Origin: Octopus bimaculoides
Lineage: Eukaryota
Assembly: GCF_001194135.2 (NCBI RefSeq)
Contig: NC_068982.1
Span: 16,813,727 to 16,849,891, forward strand
Reading direction: 5' to 3'
Length of the DNA stretch: 36,165 nucleotides
Below the pieces are notes generated by a model. It ran no database searches. It was not told where the DNA came from and worked only from the letters and a program-made list of their open reading frames with translations. Both the position numbers and the translations under genes were made by a program. Below are positions 22,281-34,720 of this stretch, one piece after another (within the stretch, counting starts at the first letter, position 1; every line of letters begins with the position of its first letter).

Positions 22281-24180
22281 TGGGAGGCGGAGTAGCAGTG
22301 TTGTTTAGGAAAGGCCTGGATCTCGAGGTTCAGATGATCTTCTTGGACTCGGATGGTACGTTAGTGGTCCTGGATGTGAGTAATAGCGAAGATGATGCTT
22401 TTAGACTTATCGTTGCGTACGCTCCGATTGGGTAGGGGCAGTCGGATTGCTTCAGACGCCGGAAGGTTTCTCCTGGGAAGTCACGTTCTTCAGTACTAGT
22501 TGGCGATTTGAATGTCATCCTGAATGCACGCCTGGATAGGGTGGCTCTAGCTGATAGGAGAAGTAGGTGTAAAAGCTTGATAAACCTGCTCAGCCGCTTC
22601 CAAATGGCTGACAAATACCTACTGGATTTCTTAAATGCGTCAGTGTGGACATGAGTAAACAGCACCGAGTCTTCCAGACCGTATCTAGATAGGATATTCT
22701 ACAGGTCAGTAGATAGAAATAGCATAGGTTGTCCACAATTCAAAGTCGTCGGCTACACAGACCACACATTTGTGATCTGCACGGTCGACTTAGATAGGAT
22801 TCATAGGTACGCATTCGGATACTGAAAGCTGAACGCGTCTTTCTTGGCTCGTCAAGCATTTAGAAACCGGGTTAGCAAGTTAGTCCATCAGAAGCTTTCG
22901 GGTGCAATCTTCAACAGCCTTTGGTGGATAACCCTGATATTCGCTCAGAGGCGGTAGGATTTAGAAAGGATACAGCTTTAAAGAAATCTAGGATAGAGGG
23001 AGATCTTGCTAAGAAGCTAGAAGAGGCACTTAGGAGAGGCATAGCAACTGACGTGCAGGTGGCAAGACTGGCTCTTGATCAATTCTTCGATGCCAAGTGC
23101 GAAGGCTGCATTATCAGAGCTAGGGCGCGTACGCTAAGAAATGAGGGCAGTAGAATATGACGGAAGCGATGTTCGCATTTGCCACCTCCACCCGACCCTT
23201 CAAAGACAGCTTACTTCTTGCCCATTTCTAGGTGAGACTGGCCACCCTGTTTGTCACCTTCTCCCAGTTCTTGTCCATCTGGCGGTCCGGACTAAATCAG
23301 ACCCCGAGCAATTTAATCAGTACATCCGCCCTACAACGTCATATGTCGGCATGGATCTCCAGGTACTGAGCTGCAAATCCTGATTAATCTTTGCTCCTAT
23401 CACTTCGTACACCCTTAGGTAGTATCGATCACTTCGATTTCTGAGCTGTACAACACTGCTGCGGTGATGTCGTTCGCATAAGCCGATACGAACCTTCTGC
23501 ATCCAAGATCACGCAGGATATCCCTCGAAATATCCAACTTCTTTAGTAATGGCTCGAGATCCAACACATGCAAAAGGAGTGCGAGTGGGAATTCTTGACG
23601 GACCGAATGAGCGATGCTAAACGATTCCGATAGGTGGCCGTTTACTTTTACCACCGAACTAATGCCGCTGTACATTGCAGGGAGTCAGCCTCTGAAAATT
23701 GGACTGAAACCTTCCGAGGACAGCCTCAAAGTATTGATAGTCAACCTTGTCAAAAGCTTTTGATTGATCCAAATTGAACAAGACCTCATCCATGCCAGCT
23801 TCCTTCCTTACCATCTCTATGATGTAGCGCGTGAAGTGGAGGCTGACGTAGATAAACTGCTAGCGCATGTCTGCACGTCGCGGACAACCTCTTTCTAACG
23901 CCTTGGCCCAAATCTTATCTACGCTCAACAACGTTATGAACTTGAAGTTATCTATTTGGTCCTCTTTCTTTCGCAGCAGCACCACAATGCTACGGCTCAC
24001 AACATTTGGTATACTCCTGTTCTGCTGTGAGCTGCGGTAGGCATCCGCCAAGAGATCACCGAACAAGTCAGGCATATGAAGATACATCTCGATGGACAGG
24101 CCATACAGCCCCGGGGAATTCTCCCTTCGGCAACCCATCTTCACATCTCGTATGTCTTCGGTTGTTATAGGCATAATGGA
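22281..24180. mobile_element. Tx1/L1-type LINE fragment: APE on + (22281-23157), RT on - (24180-23158)
   Basis: Plus: GVAVLF, LIVAYAP, LVGDLNVIL, YLDRIF, YTDH, *KLNASFL. Minus: SPGLYGL, ITLLSVDKIWAKAL, LDQSKAFDKVD, SVRQEFPLALLL, AYANDIT. Confidence 0.85.
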
Positions 24181-24954
24181 GATGCAGTATGGTTAAATAA
24201 AGAGAGAGAAGAAGTAGTGAATGAGAAACAGCCAAAGTCTAAGACTAACTAGTGCATTAATTAGTAAAGCGTTAGGGAAAATGCCGAATTGGAAGGACCC
24301 AAGACCAGATTTAGTTCAAGGGTATTGGTTAAAGAAATTGTGTGCAATATTAGTAATAAAATTGGGACAGGTAGTCAACAGGGAAGGCATCCGATTGCCA
24401 GACTGCCAGACATTAAGATCATTGTGAGGAGAGAGTTACAAATATTAGCAAAGCTCGACAGAAGAACTAGGAGGGAATTCAATATAAATGGACTCCACCT
24501 AAGAGCGGGAGAAGCAAAATTATACTTACCTAGAAAGGAAAGCGGAAGAAGGTTAATATCAGTAGAAGACTGCGTGAAATGAGCCTGGGTAGATTTAACT
24601 TCTTATGTAGGCAAAAGTGAAGAAAGTTTATTAAAAGCTGCTAGAGTCACAGCAAGACATAGGGAAACCAAAAATCCAAACGAAATTAAAAACCAGAGAA
24701 AAGAACAAAAGTTATCTGGCTGGCAGGAGAAAGCTTTGCATGGTAGATTCTCATAGGCAGTTGCAGGAAATAGTAATAATGAGACACTGTTATGGTTGCA
24801 GAAAGAAAGGTTGAAAAAGGAGACAGAAGGTTCGTTAATAGCAGCACAAGATCAAGCATTAAGGACGATTTGGATAAAAGCCAAAATAGAGAACAGCCGA
24901 GTAGATCCCCTATGTAAGTTAAGCAAACCAAAAGAGGAAAGTGTTACTCATATA

Positions 24955-25836
24955 TGACGTGTAGTCAAAAAGTATCCGATCTTAATTCTTTTACCCAAAA
25001 TAATGAAGTGCAAAAAATTTCGCATGTGTATTAGGTGGCCACGTCCTTCCTGAGCATGCACAAAAGTTTTCGTGTTTGTAGGTTGCGCCAGTCACCCGCA
25101 ATCCCCTTTGAATACAAATGTGAAGAGTATGCTGTGCGATTTTTTCTTTTTGAGTCAGGATGACGGAGCGCGTTGAGCAAAGATATTGTATCAAATTCTG
25201 CCAAAAACTTGGTGATACGCGATTCCAGACTATCGAGGAGATTCAGAAGACCTTTGGAAATGAGGCTATGGGAAAAACACAAATAAAGGAATGGTACAAC
25301 TGATACACAGATAGCCGTACCTCAGTGGACGAGGAGCCATGAATATGCACCACAAGGTCAGACAATTAACAAAGAATACTATCTGAGAGTTCTTCGTAAC
25401 CTTCGTAAAGTTGTGCGACGAAAACGATCCGACCTACGGGCTGCAAAGAACTGGTAACTCCACCATGACAACGCACCCGCTCATTCCGCTCACGTCGTCC
25501 AAGCATTCCTCGTCAAGTAAAACACACCACTTGTTCGTCAGGCTTCCTACTCCCCAGGTTTGGCTCCAAGTGACTTTTGGCTACGCCCAAAGCTCAAAAA
25601 TACACTCAAAGGGAGAAGATTTTAGTCAACAGAGAGCATTAAGCAAAATTCGATTCACATCTCTACAGCACACCAAAAAGTGATGTTTAGACGTGTTTCT
25701 AGTAGCGGAAGGAACGCTGTCAGAAGTGTGTAGACACCCAAGGCGAATACTTTAAAAGAGTCTAAATCAAACTAGTGAGTTTTTTTTAATATTACTTGTT
25801 TTTGGCCAATGGTTGGGTACTTTTTGACTACACCTC
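24955..25836 (+). mobile_element. Mariner transposon, both TIRs and TA TSD, transposase internally deleted
   Basis: TIRs GA(C/G)GTGTAGTCAAAAAGTA. TA at 24953-54 and 25837-38 restores the LINE sequence CATATAGTAA. Peptides MTERVEQRYCIKFC, LHHDNAPAH, YSPGLAPSDFW. Confidence 0.92.
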
Positions 25837-26034
25837 TAGTAAATAAATATAGTATGCTGGCTCAGAAAAAAAATAGAAGAACAGATATGACAACCTGGGG
25901 AGCGTAATCCACTGGGAGTTATGTAGAAAGCTAGGATTTGACCATACTGATAAATGGTAAGAACATGAACCTAGTAAAATACTAGAAAGTAAGAAATATA
26001 AGCTGTGGGACTTAAGTAATAGAAGCGAGAAGGC

Positions 26035-26100
<66 letters not shown>
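26035..26100. repeat. (TAG)22 microsatellite inside LINE coding sequence
   Basis: Directly visible. Confidence 0.95.
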
Positions 26101-26830
26101 ATAAAGAGAATAGAAAGTACCAGATAATTGACTTTACAATCCCAAATGATGTAAAGATCAATATGAAAGGTATAGTAAAAATAGTAAGGTACCAGGACCT
26201 AGGCATTGAATTACAGAGAGTATGGAAAGTGCGAGTAAAATGTGTCCCAGTAGTTATAGGTGCATTGGGAACTATCCCTAAAGATTTGAACAGATGGATA
26301 GAGGAAATAGGTATAAAACTCAGTTTAGTACAGCTCTAGAAAACAGTGTCATTAGAGACNNNNNNNNNNNNNNNNNNNNNNNNNNNNNNNNNNNNNNNNN
26401 NNNNNNNNNNNNNNNNNNNNNNNNNNNNNNNNNNNNNNNNNNNNNNNNNNNNNNNNNNNNNNNNNNNNNNNNNNNNNNNNNNNNNNNNNNNNNNNNNNNN
26501 NNNNNNNNNNNNNNNNNNNNNNNNNNNNNNNNNNNNNNNNNNNNNNNNNNNNNNNNNNNNNNNNNNNNNNNNNNNNNNNNNNNNNNNNNNNNNNNNNNNN
26601 NNNNNNNNNNNNNNNNNNNNNNNNNNNNNNNNNNNNNNNNNNNNNNNNNNNNNNNNNNNNNNNNNNNNNNNNNNNNNNNNNNNNNNNNNNNNNNNNNNNN
26701 NNNNNNNNNNNNNNNNNNNNNNNNNNNNNNNNNNNNNNNNNNNNNNNNNNNNNNNNNNNNNNNNNNNNNNNNNNNNNNNNNNNNNNNNNNNNNNNNNNNN
26801 NNACAAATGCAAAGCAAAAGTCAAACATAA

Positions 26831-26962
<132 letters not shown>

Positions 26963-27319
26963 AATAAAGGCACAAGGTGTTATTAAAAATTTCTTAAGTC
27001 ATAAAGCCACAACATAATTTTTGATGAAGAGTTTAATGCTTTATTTCATTGAATGTTGATCACATATAATGTAGAAGGTGATTTATTGTGCGTTTACAAA
27101 TGTTAAAATGTTATCATTCGCTTATAAAATGTATTAGTTAGAATGTAGAATCATCTCTATAAGGGTAAATACTTTGAGATGTCGTTTTAAAACTAATAAC
27201 ATATGCTAAAGTTTAATACATAAATTGAAAATAGAATCATTATTATATAATTATTTTAAGGTTTGTCGTGAACTCTACGTCTTATTCTGTGACAATATCA
27301 AAAGAAATATCAAACCCAA

Positions 27320-27488
27320 TCGTGTCTGTCATTATGTTCTGACTTCATACTCCACTGGGGTCAACTAAGCCTTTTATCCCTTAAGGTCGATGAACTAAGT
27401 ACCATTAGAGCAATGGGGCCGATGTAATCGATTATTTCCCTCCCTTAAATTTTTTGGCACTGTGCCTATAGTAAAAAGTATTATTATC
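27320..27488 (+). mobile_element. Decayed, 5'-truncated SINE (same family as 18168)
   Basis: GGGGCCGATGTAATCGATTATTTCCCTCCC..CACTGTGCCTATAGTAAAAAGTATTATTAT. Confidence 0.65.
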
Positions 27489-27903
27489 TAAGATCTTGCG
27501 TCGACATGTATAGAGAGAATTGTGAATGTATTTGTGTAACTGGTTTTGTAAATGTGTGTGTAATTAGTGTCTAGTTCATAGTCAAATTTAAGGCAACGTA
27601 TCGGGAAACAAGGAAACATTTTAAAAATATGTTTTGCTTAACAATTGTGTTTAAAAGTGATTTTAAAATTTAATTCTTTCTGAGAATGCGATAAAGAATA
27701 TTCAAGTAAAACGTGTAGAACATCACCTAATGCTTTAGTGGATGATTAATTTGAACAAAAGGAATGGCACAAATGGTTCAGGATAATCTGTAAAGACTCG
27801 TGGCTTTACTCTTTTATTGGTTGTAGCCATTAAGCAGACGACGTAGAGTTCACCGAACAGAATACATATCACTATTCAATATCTAAAATTATATCATTTA
27901 TTA

Positions 27904-29256
27904 CACTGGTCAACAAAATAACGGACATAAAATTTTAGAGCTGTTTTAGACTAAGTTTTAGGTACTGATTCCAAAACTGGCCTTAGATTTGCTCTATCAC
28001 ATCATATTTTTGTGCTATAGGTATATACCTTTATTTACCTGGAGCGTACCAAAAGTTAATTTTACACCACTATTTGCGAGAATTTTGTCTGAATTGTCAT
28101 GTTAATTTTGAGTGTGTTCAAGCTGAGTTTTGCTTTAAAACTCTTGTTCTTCTTTTCAGGCTTGAACTGAACCACTGTGATCTATTTATGGCTACAGCAT
28201 CAAAAAGAAGGACGTGCTCTAATGAACCCGATGTCTTCTGTTACGCCTGTGGAAACTACACTCCACCGGCTCAAAGGCACAACATTAATAACTTTGCCAA
28301 GAAGATGTATCATACTAACAGTAAAGTAGCACTTGGAGATCAGGACAAAACCTGGTCTCCTCCACAAAGTTTGCAAAATCTGTGTTGAAATTTGGTGTGA
28401 TGAAGCAGTCCATAAAAGCTCTTAATCGCAGTGGAGATTGCTTCAAACACATATGTACAAGCTTTCCAAGTCTCAGTGACGAGAAAAAGGCAGGAATATT
28501 TGATGGACCTCAAATAAAAACACTCCTCAGGGATCGACATTTTGTTATAACAATGAATGCGGCGGAGACTAGAGCTTGGAATGCCTTCTCTGATACGGTG
28601 CGGAATTTCCTTGGGAACAGGAAAGCTGACAACTATCAAGAGATTGTGGAGGAGCTGGTCTTGAGTTTGCAAGCACTTGGATGTAGAATGAGCATTAAAT
28701 TGCACTACTCACATAATCACTTCGGTGAGTTGCCAAAGAACCAAGGTGATGTTAGCGAAGAACAAGGTGGACACTTTCATCAAGATGTAAAAGTAATGGA
28801 AGAATGCTATCAAGGCTGATGGGACTTAAACATGGTGGCAGGTTATTGCTGGAGCTTGCTAAGAGATATTCCAGAAGCTGTGCACAAAAGATCGGCAAAA
28901 AAGAGGAAGTTCTTGCAAGATGATCAGAATGAATGACCACAATGAATAGAAATTTTGTTTCATATTTTGTTATAACGAAGCTTAATGTTTACATACTAAC
29001 GTGTATTTACTCCTACAACTTTGTGTTTTGATTAATTAGATTTGAAAAAGGACATATTGTATATTAGAAATTACATTTACGTGAGTTTAATTCTTCCATT
29101 ATAAGCATTGAATAGCTGTTTCTAGCAAAACTAAGATTTCATGTTTCAAAAATCTGATATTTAGACAAAATATGATGCCAGATTTGGATTCAGCACCCCA
29201 AAATTTGTTAAAAATCATTGATAAACCTTGTGCCAGAAAATATGTATTGACCAGTG
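27904..29256 (+). mobile_element. CMC/Chapaev3-type DNA transposon, both ends, internally deleted transposase
   Basis: TIRs CACTGGTCAA / TTGACCAGTG with 3-bp TSD TTA (27901-03, 29257-59). ORF from ATG 28188: CSNEPDVFCYACG, LGDQDKTWSP, then a deletion, then LKFGVMKQ, GIFDGPQI, MSIKLH, VSEEQGGHFHQD, YQG*WD. Family assignment from recalled motifs and the CAC/TWA signature. Confidence 0.8.
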
Positions 29257-29427
29257 TTATGAAATGCATGTTGATTAGAGTTCTTGATATATTTAAACAA
29301 TAATTCTAAGAGTATTTTATATGATTAGACTTAAACATGAACTAAAAGAAAAAATGAAAACACTTCATTAAGTATGAATCTTCTGAATTTTCTAATGCCT
29401 TCTTTCAGTTATGGACAAGACTACTAT

Positions 29428-29592
29428 TTAGTAGTAAATTACTGTAGTTTGAGTAATTCTTAAAATTACCAGTGTAGTATAAAGGACAATCCCAACAATA
29501 CCAACAATAATTGATACTTTGATAAATGTTTTTGCTTGATTGTTAGCTTCCAGTGCACATGCTATATCTCCATTTCGGACCAATGTGTTTGC
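29428..29592 (-). CDS. Gene B (CD225/dispanin paralog) last coding exon
   Basis: ttttatcttctag| ANTLVRNGDIACALEANNQAKTFIKVSIIVGIVGIVLYTTLVILRITQTTVIYY* (TAA 29430-28). Same acceptor context and phase as the gene A last exon. Absent from the ORF track. Confidence 0.9.
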   Translation of the reverse strand, partial: ANTLVRNGDIACALEANNQAKTFIKVSIIVGIVGIVLYTTLVILRITQTTVIYY

Positions 29593-29648
29593 CTAGAAGA
29601 TAAAAATGAAAACAAGCTAATAAAACTCAAAAACAGCAAATATATTTT

Positions 29649-29844
29649 GGTTTCAAATGTTGGGATGGTGAGTGAGTCGATTACTTGGGCTCCAGTGCTC
29701 AACTGGTTGTTATTTCATCGGCTCCGAAAGGATAATAGGTAAAAATCGATATCTGCAGATTTTAACTTCGAACATAAAGACGGACGAACGAAATATCGCT
29801 AAACATTTTGCTCGGCGTTCTAACGATTCTGTCAGCTCACCGCC
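29649..29844 (-). mobile_element. tRNA-derived SINE just upstream of the gene B last exon
   Basis: GGCGGTGAGCTGACAGAATCG head, tail CCCAACATTTGAAACC. Same position and relative orientation as the SINE at 16347 in gene A. Confidence 0.8.
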
Positions 29845-30659
29845 TTAACAATAGCAAATATATTATCATAGATTTACAACTCATATAAGTTTAATGATGT
29901 AAAATGTAAACTTGGCGTTTTACCATAATGCTTTTTAAAATTTTTGTGAAGAGATTTGTCAGGATGATTCTTTGCAAATTACCTACCAGTGTCCATGCCA
30001 AATTGAGATCAAGAACGCAATTTTACATTATTCTAAATCTCAATACAAAACAAATCAACAATATGTGCTCTAATCCAGTGTTACTTGTAAGGAGGTTTGA
30101 AGATTGAGAATGAGGCTAACGAACTGCCATATTTAATTAATAAAAAGATGGTTTCAAAAATCTTTACACTAGTCGAAACATAATAATCAAGAAAGAATTA
30201 TATGGATGAAAAAAATTGTTTTGTTTTGTTATAAACAAAGAAGTAGATGGTGGTAATGTGACGACAAATTTCAGTAATAGCTTTTCAAGGCGATGGTGGT
30301 GGTGGTGGTGGTGGTGGTGGTGGTTTTGGTATTTGTCAGTTTCATAACCATTGCTCTTATAAAAGTAGATATTTTACCAAAGCTACGAAATGTCATGCTT
30401 TTTCTTAGCCAATTGCTACTTGGGTGTTAGAACTATTACATGCACAGTAGATTAATAGAAACCTTATTTATAATGACATGGTGTGTTGGCAGAAATATTA
30501 AAGATGAGTAGAACATTGATGTGGTTGAAATACTTGAAATGGTTATTGTTAGGCATAATGGAGCAAGGAAGTATTACAGGTGACCCCTTATATAAGAACC
30601 CTTATCACAATTATTACAATCATGCTGTTCATTTGATCTTCTACAATCTTCATCAATAA

Positions 30660-32965
30660 AAAGGTATGTGCTAAAGCTGCCCGCATATCACGGATTGAAA
30701 TCATGTTAGATTCTCCAAGGACAACAACATGTTCAAAAATAACCCAAGACATTTTTACAGGAGGATAGGGAAAATACCAGTTACAGTAATGTTGGTCCCA
30801 TCAAAAGAAGTGCAGGAATTTTGGAATAAAATTTAGGCAGAAGAAAAAATACACAATAAAAAGGTCCCTTGCATTGATAGAATATCTACTGACTTAGACT
30901 CCTTAGAAGAGCAAAAGTAGGAGAGTATCAAGGTAGAGGATGTAAGATCTGCTCTCAGGAAGTTAAACAAATGGAAGTCTACAGGAAAGTATAAAATTCC
31001 TAACTTCTGTTTGAATGCCTTCTCAGAGATTCATGAACTTTACAACAATGTTTTGCAACAACATAGTATGATTCCATCTTGGCTAGTTAATGGTGCTACA
31101 TTCCTACTAACAAAATATGAAGAAACAAATGAACCAAAAACTTATAGTTCCATAAAATGCTTAACAACAATGTATAAAGTACTAATACATGTCTTGACTG
31201 AATATACCTATAGCTTTTTAATAGAAAGTGGCATATTCTATTAAAGTGGCATGTAAACGTGGTTGTAAAGATTAGCTACTCATCAATAAGATGATCTTGG
31301 AAGATTGTCACAAACGACACAAAAACTTGTCGATACCCTGAATAGACTATAAAAAAACTTTTGATAGTCTATCACATAGCTAATTTAAGAAATGTCTGAC
31401 TTTGAACAATGACAATGAATCTCTCAATGCTGGAGATGTAAGAATTTCATGCGACATTTTCCAGAGTGACTCTCTATCACCACTCCTCCTTTGTCTAGCC
31501 TTAATAACTCTCTCCAGATTGCTGGATGATGTACATTATGGCTATAAAATGTTTGATGAAAATATAAATCATCTCTTTTACATGGTCGATTTAATGCTCT
31601 TTGCAAAATATTATCAACAACTACAGGGTTTACTAACAATTGTTAAACAATTCAGAGATGACATCAGAATGCAATCTGGCTTCAGTAAATGTGCAAAAGC
31701 TACTTTTATCAAACGAAAAATGATAGAAACATCCAACGTTAAGTTTGACCAACAAAATGTCAAAAAGGAGTTAGAACCAGTGGAGAGCTACAAATACCCA
31801 GAAATATTTGAAGGTAACGGAATCAAACATTCAAAGATGAGAGAAAGAATCAGAAGAGAATGTTATTTCAGGGTGAGGATAATACTAAAGACAGAGCTGG
31901 ATGCAAGAAACAGGATCGAAGCGATCAATACTTAACCATACCGGTCGTGACTTACAGTTTCAATATCATTAACTGGTCAATTACTGAAATATGTAATCTT
32001 GACAGAAAAATACGAAAATTGTTGTCAATGCATAAAATGCACCAACCTAAGGCAGATATAGAACGACTTTACCGGCCAAGAAAAGAGGGTGGTCGTGGAC
32101 TTTTACAACTATAATTAACGATGAAGATTGACACAATTGGCCTAAACACCTACCTGAAAACCTCTGATGACTAGATGTTAAAACTTGTCTTAAAGCACGA
32201 AAAGAAGAAAACCTCATACTCTCTAACATAATAGGCAAAGGAATATCTAAATGAATTCCAAATACATCAAATCCCAGAATTAGACGTACTAGAAACAAGC
32301 ACAGAAAAAACTAAACGTATGAAAACCTGTGCTAAAACTGCTGCCTTAGATATTTTTACTGATAAATGGCAAAAACAAACCTCTCAAAGGCAAATACCCA
32401 AAGGAGCTAATAATGCCGATGTCGACAAAGCCCTTACCTATCAATAGTTAGGGTCTTCTAGTTTAAAATCAGAAACAGAAGGGTTTATCATAGCAGCCTA
32501 AGATCAATGCCTACCTACAAGGAGCTATCAGGCCAATATATTAAAGAACGGCAGTTGCCTAACATGTCGTGTAAGTAAACTACAAAATGAAACTATTGAT
32601 CATGCTGTCTCCATGTACAGTCTTCTTGCGCCTACAGAGTATCTCAACAGGCATGATAGAGCAGCACAATACATTCACTGGGTAATTTGTAAAACTTTGG
32701 ACCTGCCCCATGATAAAAACTGGTGGGAACACAAACCACCTCCAGTGCTTGAAAATGACCACATTTCACTCCTCTGGACCTTCACTGTTCAAACAGACAG
32801 AAAGGTAAATGCGACTAGGTCAGACGTTATATTGAAGACTTCAGACAAAAATGATGCATCCTCATTGATATGACTTTCCCAATCAATATAAACGTATCTG
32901 TCAAGTCCTACCAAAAACTGAGCAAGTATAAAGATCTTGAAATAGAAATTGGCAAAATGCGGAAC
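30660..32965 (+). mobile_element. R4/Dong-type LINE (RT + RLE), decayed, 3'-truncated, in the gene B intron
   Basis: WKSTGKYKIPNF, IDYKKTFDSLSH, IFQSDSLSPLLLCL, NHLFYMVDL, RIEAINT, RLYRPRKEGGRGL, RHDRAAQYIHWVIC. Confidence 0.9.
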
Positions 32966-32977
32966 CCAGCATATTTT

Positions 32978-34684
32978 GCTGGGTATGATCGAAAGTTTCA
33001 GCTGTCCACAGTCAGCAGACTAAGGTGACACTTGATTACTGGTCATGCTTCAAGAACTCTGCGAAGAATTCTTGCAGTTCCAATTTTGTAGGTGTTCTAC
33101 CTTCACACTTGCACTGACCTTTTTCAACCATGTTGTTAGTTGAATGCTGATACTTCCAGGTGCACCAATTACGATTGATATCATTTCTACTCGCTTCATT
33201 GACCACAACCTTCGTATTTTACACCTTAAATCGTCATGGTTGTTTATTTTTTCTTCTTTCACATTGATCCTGTGTTATGTCGATTATCATACATGTTCTT
33301 TCTTTTTTATTCACCACAATAATGTCCGGTTTCCTATGTCTGGTCAGATGATCATACTGGATCATTACATCCCACAGGATTTTGCAGTTCTCATTTTCGG
33401 TGACTCCTTCTAGGGTTTGTTCATACCACGTCTTTGCTCTTTGTCGGCCGTGATTTCCACAGAGCTCCCAATGGATCATTCTTGCCACATTGTCATGGCG
33501 TCGTTTGTATTCGCGTTCTGTCAATTTTGGGCATTCGCTAACGATGTGCCATACCGTTTCTCCCTTCTCACTACACATTCAGCATTTGTCACATTCTGCA
33601 TTTCGGTAGTGTTGTCAATTCTGTACTTCATATAATTGGTCCTTAACGCTTGTTCCTGAGCTGTGCATATGAGTGCTTCTGTCTCCATCTTCAAGGTCAC
33701 TCCTCCTCATCCATAGCCACCAGTCCTCTGGATCTGTCTTAGCGTTCACATCTCTTGTAAACTGATTGTACATTTTTTTCTTTTATGCTTCTTTTATGCT
33801 TCTTTTTTTTTATTCGTTTCTTGTTTGATTTTTTCTTTAGTTACACAATTATCAATATTGATGACGCCGGCCTTCGTGTATTTCAACAGTGGATCCACGG
33901 CATTTTATATACTACCCTAGGCTGTTTCCCTCTGCTTTGATATAGTCCTGGCAATTGATCACACCTTTCCTACCCTTTCTTCTGGACACCGTACAGCCTA
34001 TTGGTGTCACACTTAGGGTGGAAGGCTCCGTGTACTGTCAACATTTTTCTGGTCTTGGTATCCATTTTCTTCATTCCTCTCTTTTGTCATTTTATAATTC
34101 CCGCCCCATACCGAAGTGATGCTATCGCCCACGTATTAACTGCTTGGATTTCATTCCATCCAGTCAATTTTGAGCGCAACACCAATCTCAATCTTCGGAA
34201 ATACTCCATCCTCAGTTGCTTTTTCATTTCTTTTTCCATTATTTCGTTGCACTCTAGTACACCAAGGTATTTGTATCCTTCCGTTTCAGTTTGCTTAATC
34301 AAGTCTCTCTATTCGGTAATTCTATCCCTGCTGTACGTTGCCTCTTTTTAGGTAGATTACTTCTTGAGTCGAAATTCCATTCTAATATCAGTACTAAAAC
34401 AGTGGACCGTTTTCACCAAGGAATTCACTTGTGTCTTATCTTTGCCATACAGTTTCAAATCATCCATGAAGAAGAGGTGGTTGACTGCTTGAGATTTTTC
34501 CTTTAGTTGGTACCCCAGGTTAATTTTCCTAAGTATTATGCTGAGAACGAAAAGCAACGGAGATAGGCTATCACCCTGCAAAATCCTACTTCTGATATCC
34601 AGGGTACCCAAGCTTTTTAGGTTAAATGTCAGTTCGGTTTTCCACCCTACCATACTACTCTTCGGGAAACACCTTACATTCCTC
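32978..34684 (-). mobile_element. R4/Dong-type LINE, 5'-truncated, in the gene B intron
   Basis: ILQGDSLSPLLFV, NHLFFMDDLKLY, GYKYLGVLE, AVNTWAIASLRYGAG, CSEKGETVWHIVSEC, RHDNVARMIHWELC, RKPDII. Confidence 0.9.
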
Positions 34685-34720
34685 GCGGTTTTGAAATGAT
34701 TCTGCACAAAGTTATCTGGC

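Larger units (their letters stand above)
24181..26359 (+). mobile_element. R4/Dong-type LINE, internally deleted, interrupted by a mariner and (TAG)22
   Basis: KMPNWKDPRPDLVQGYWLKK, LYLPRKESGRRLISVEDCV, WQEKALHGRF, IAAQDQALRT, YQDLGIELQRVWKV, IGALGTIP. Confidence 0.85.

Noticed and set aside
28188-28937. Functional or domesticated transposase
   Set aside because: Large central deletion, frameshift and an in-frame stop after YQG.
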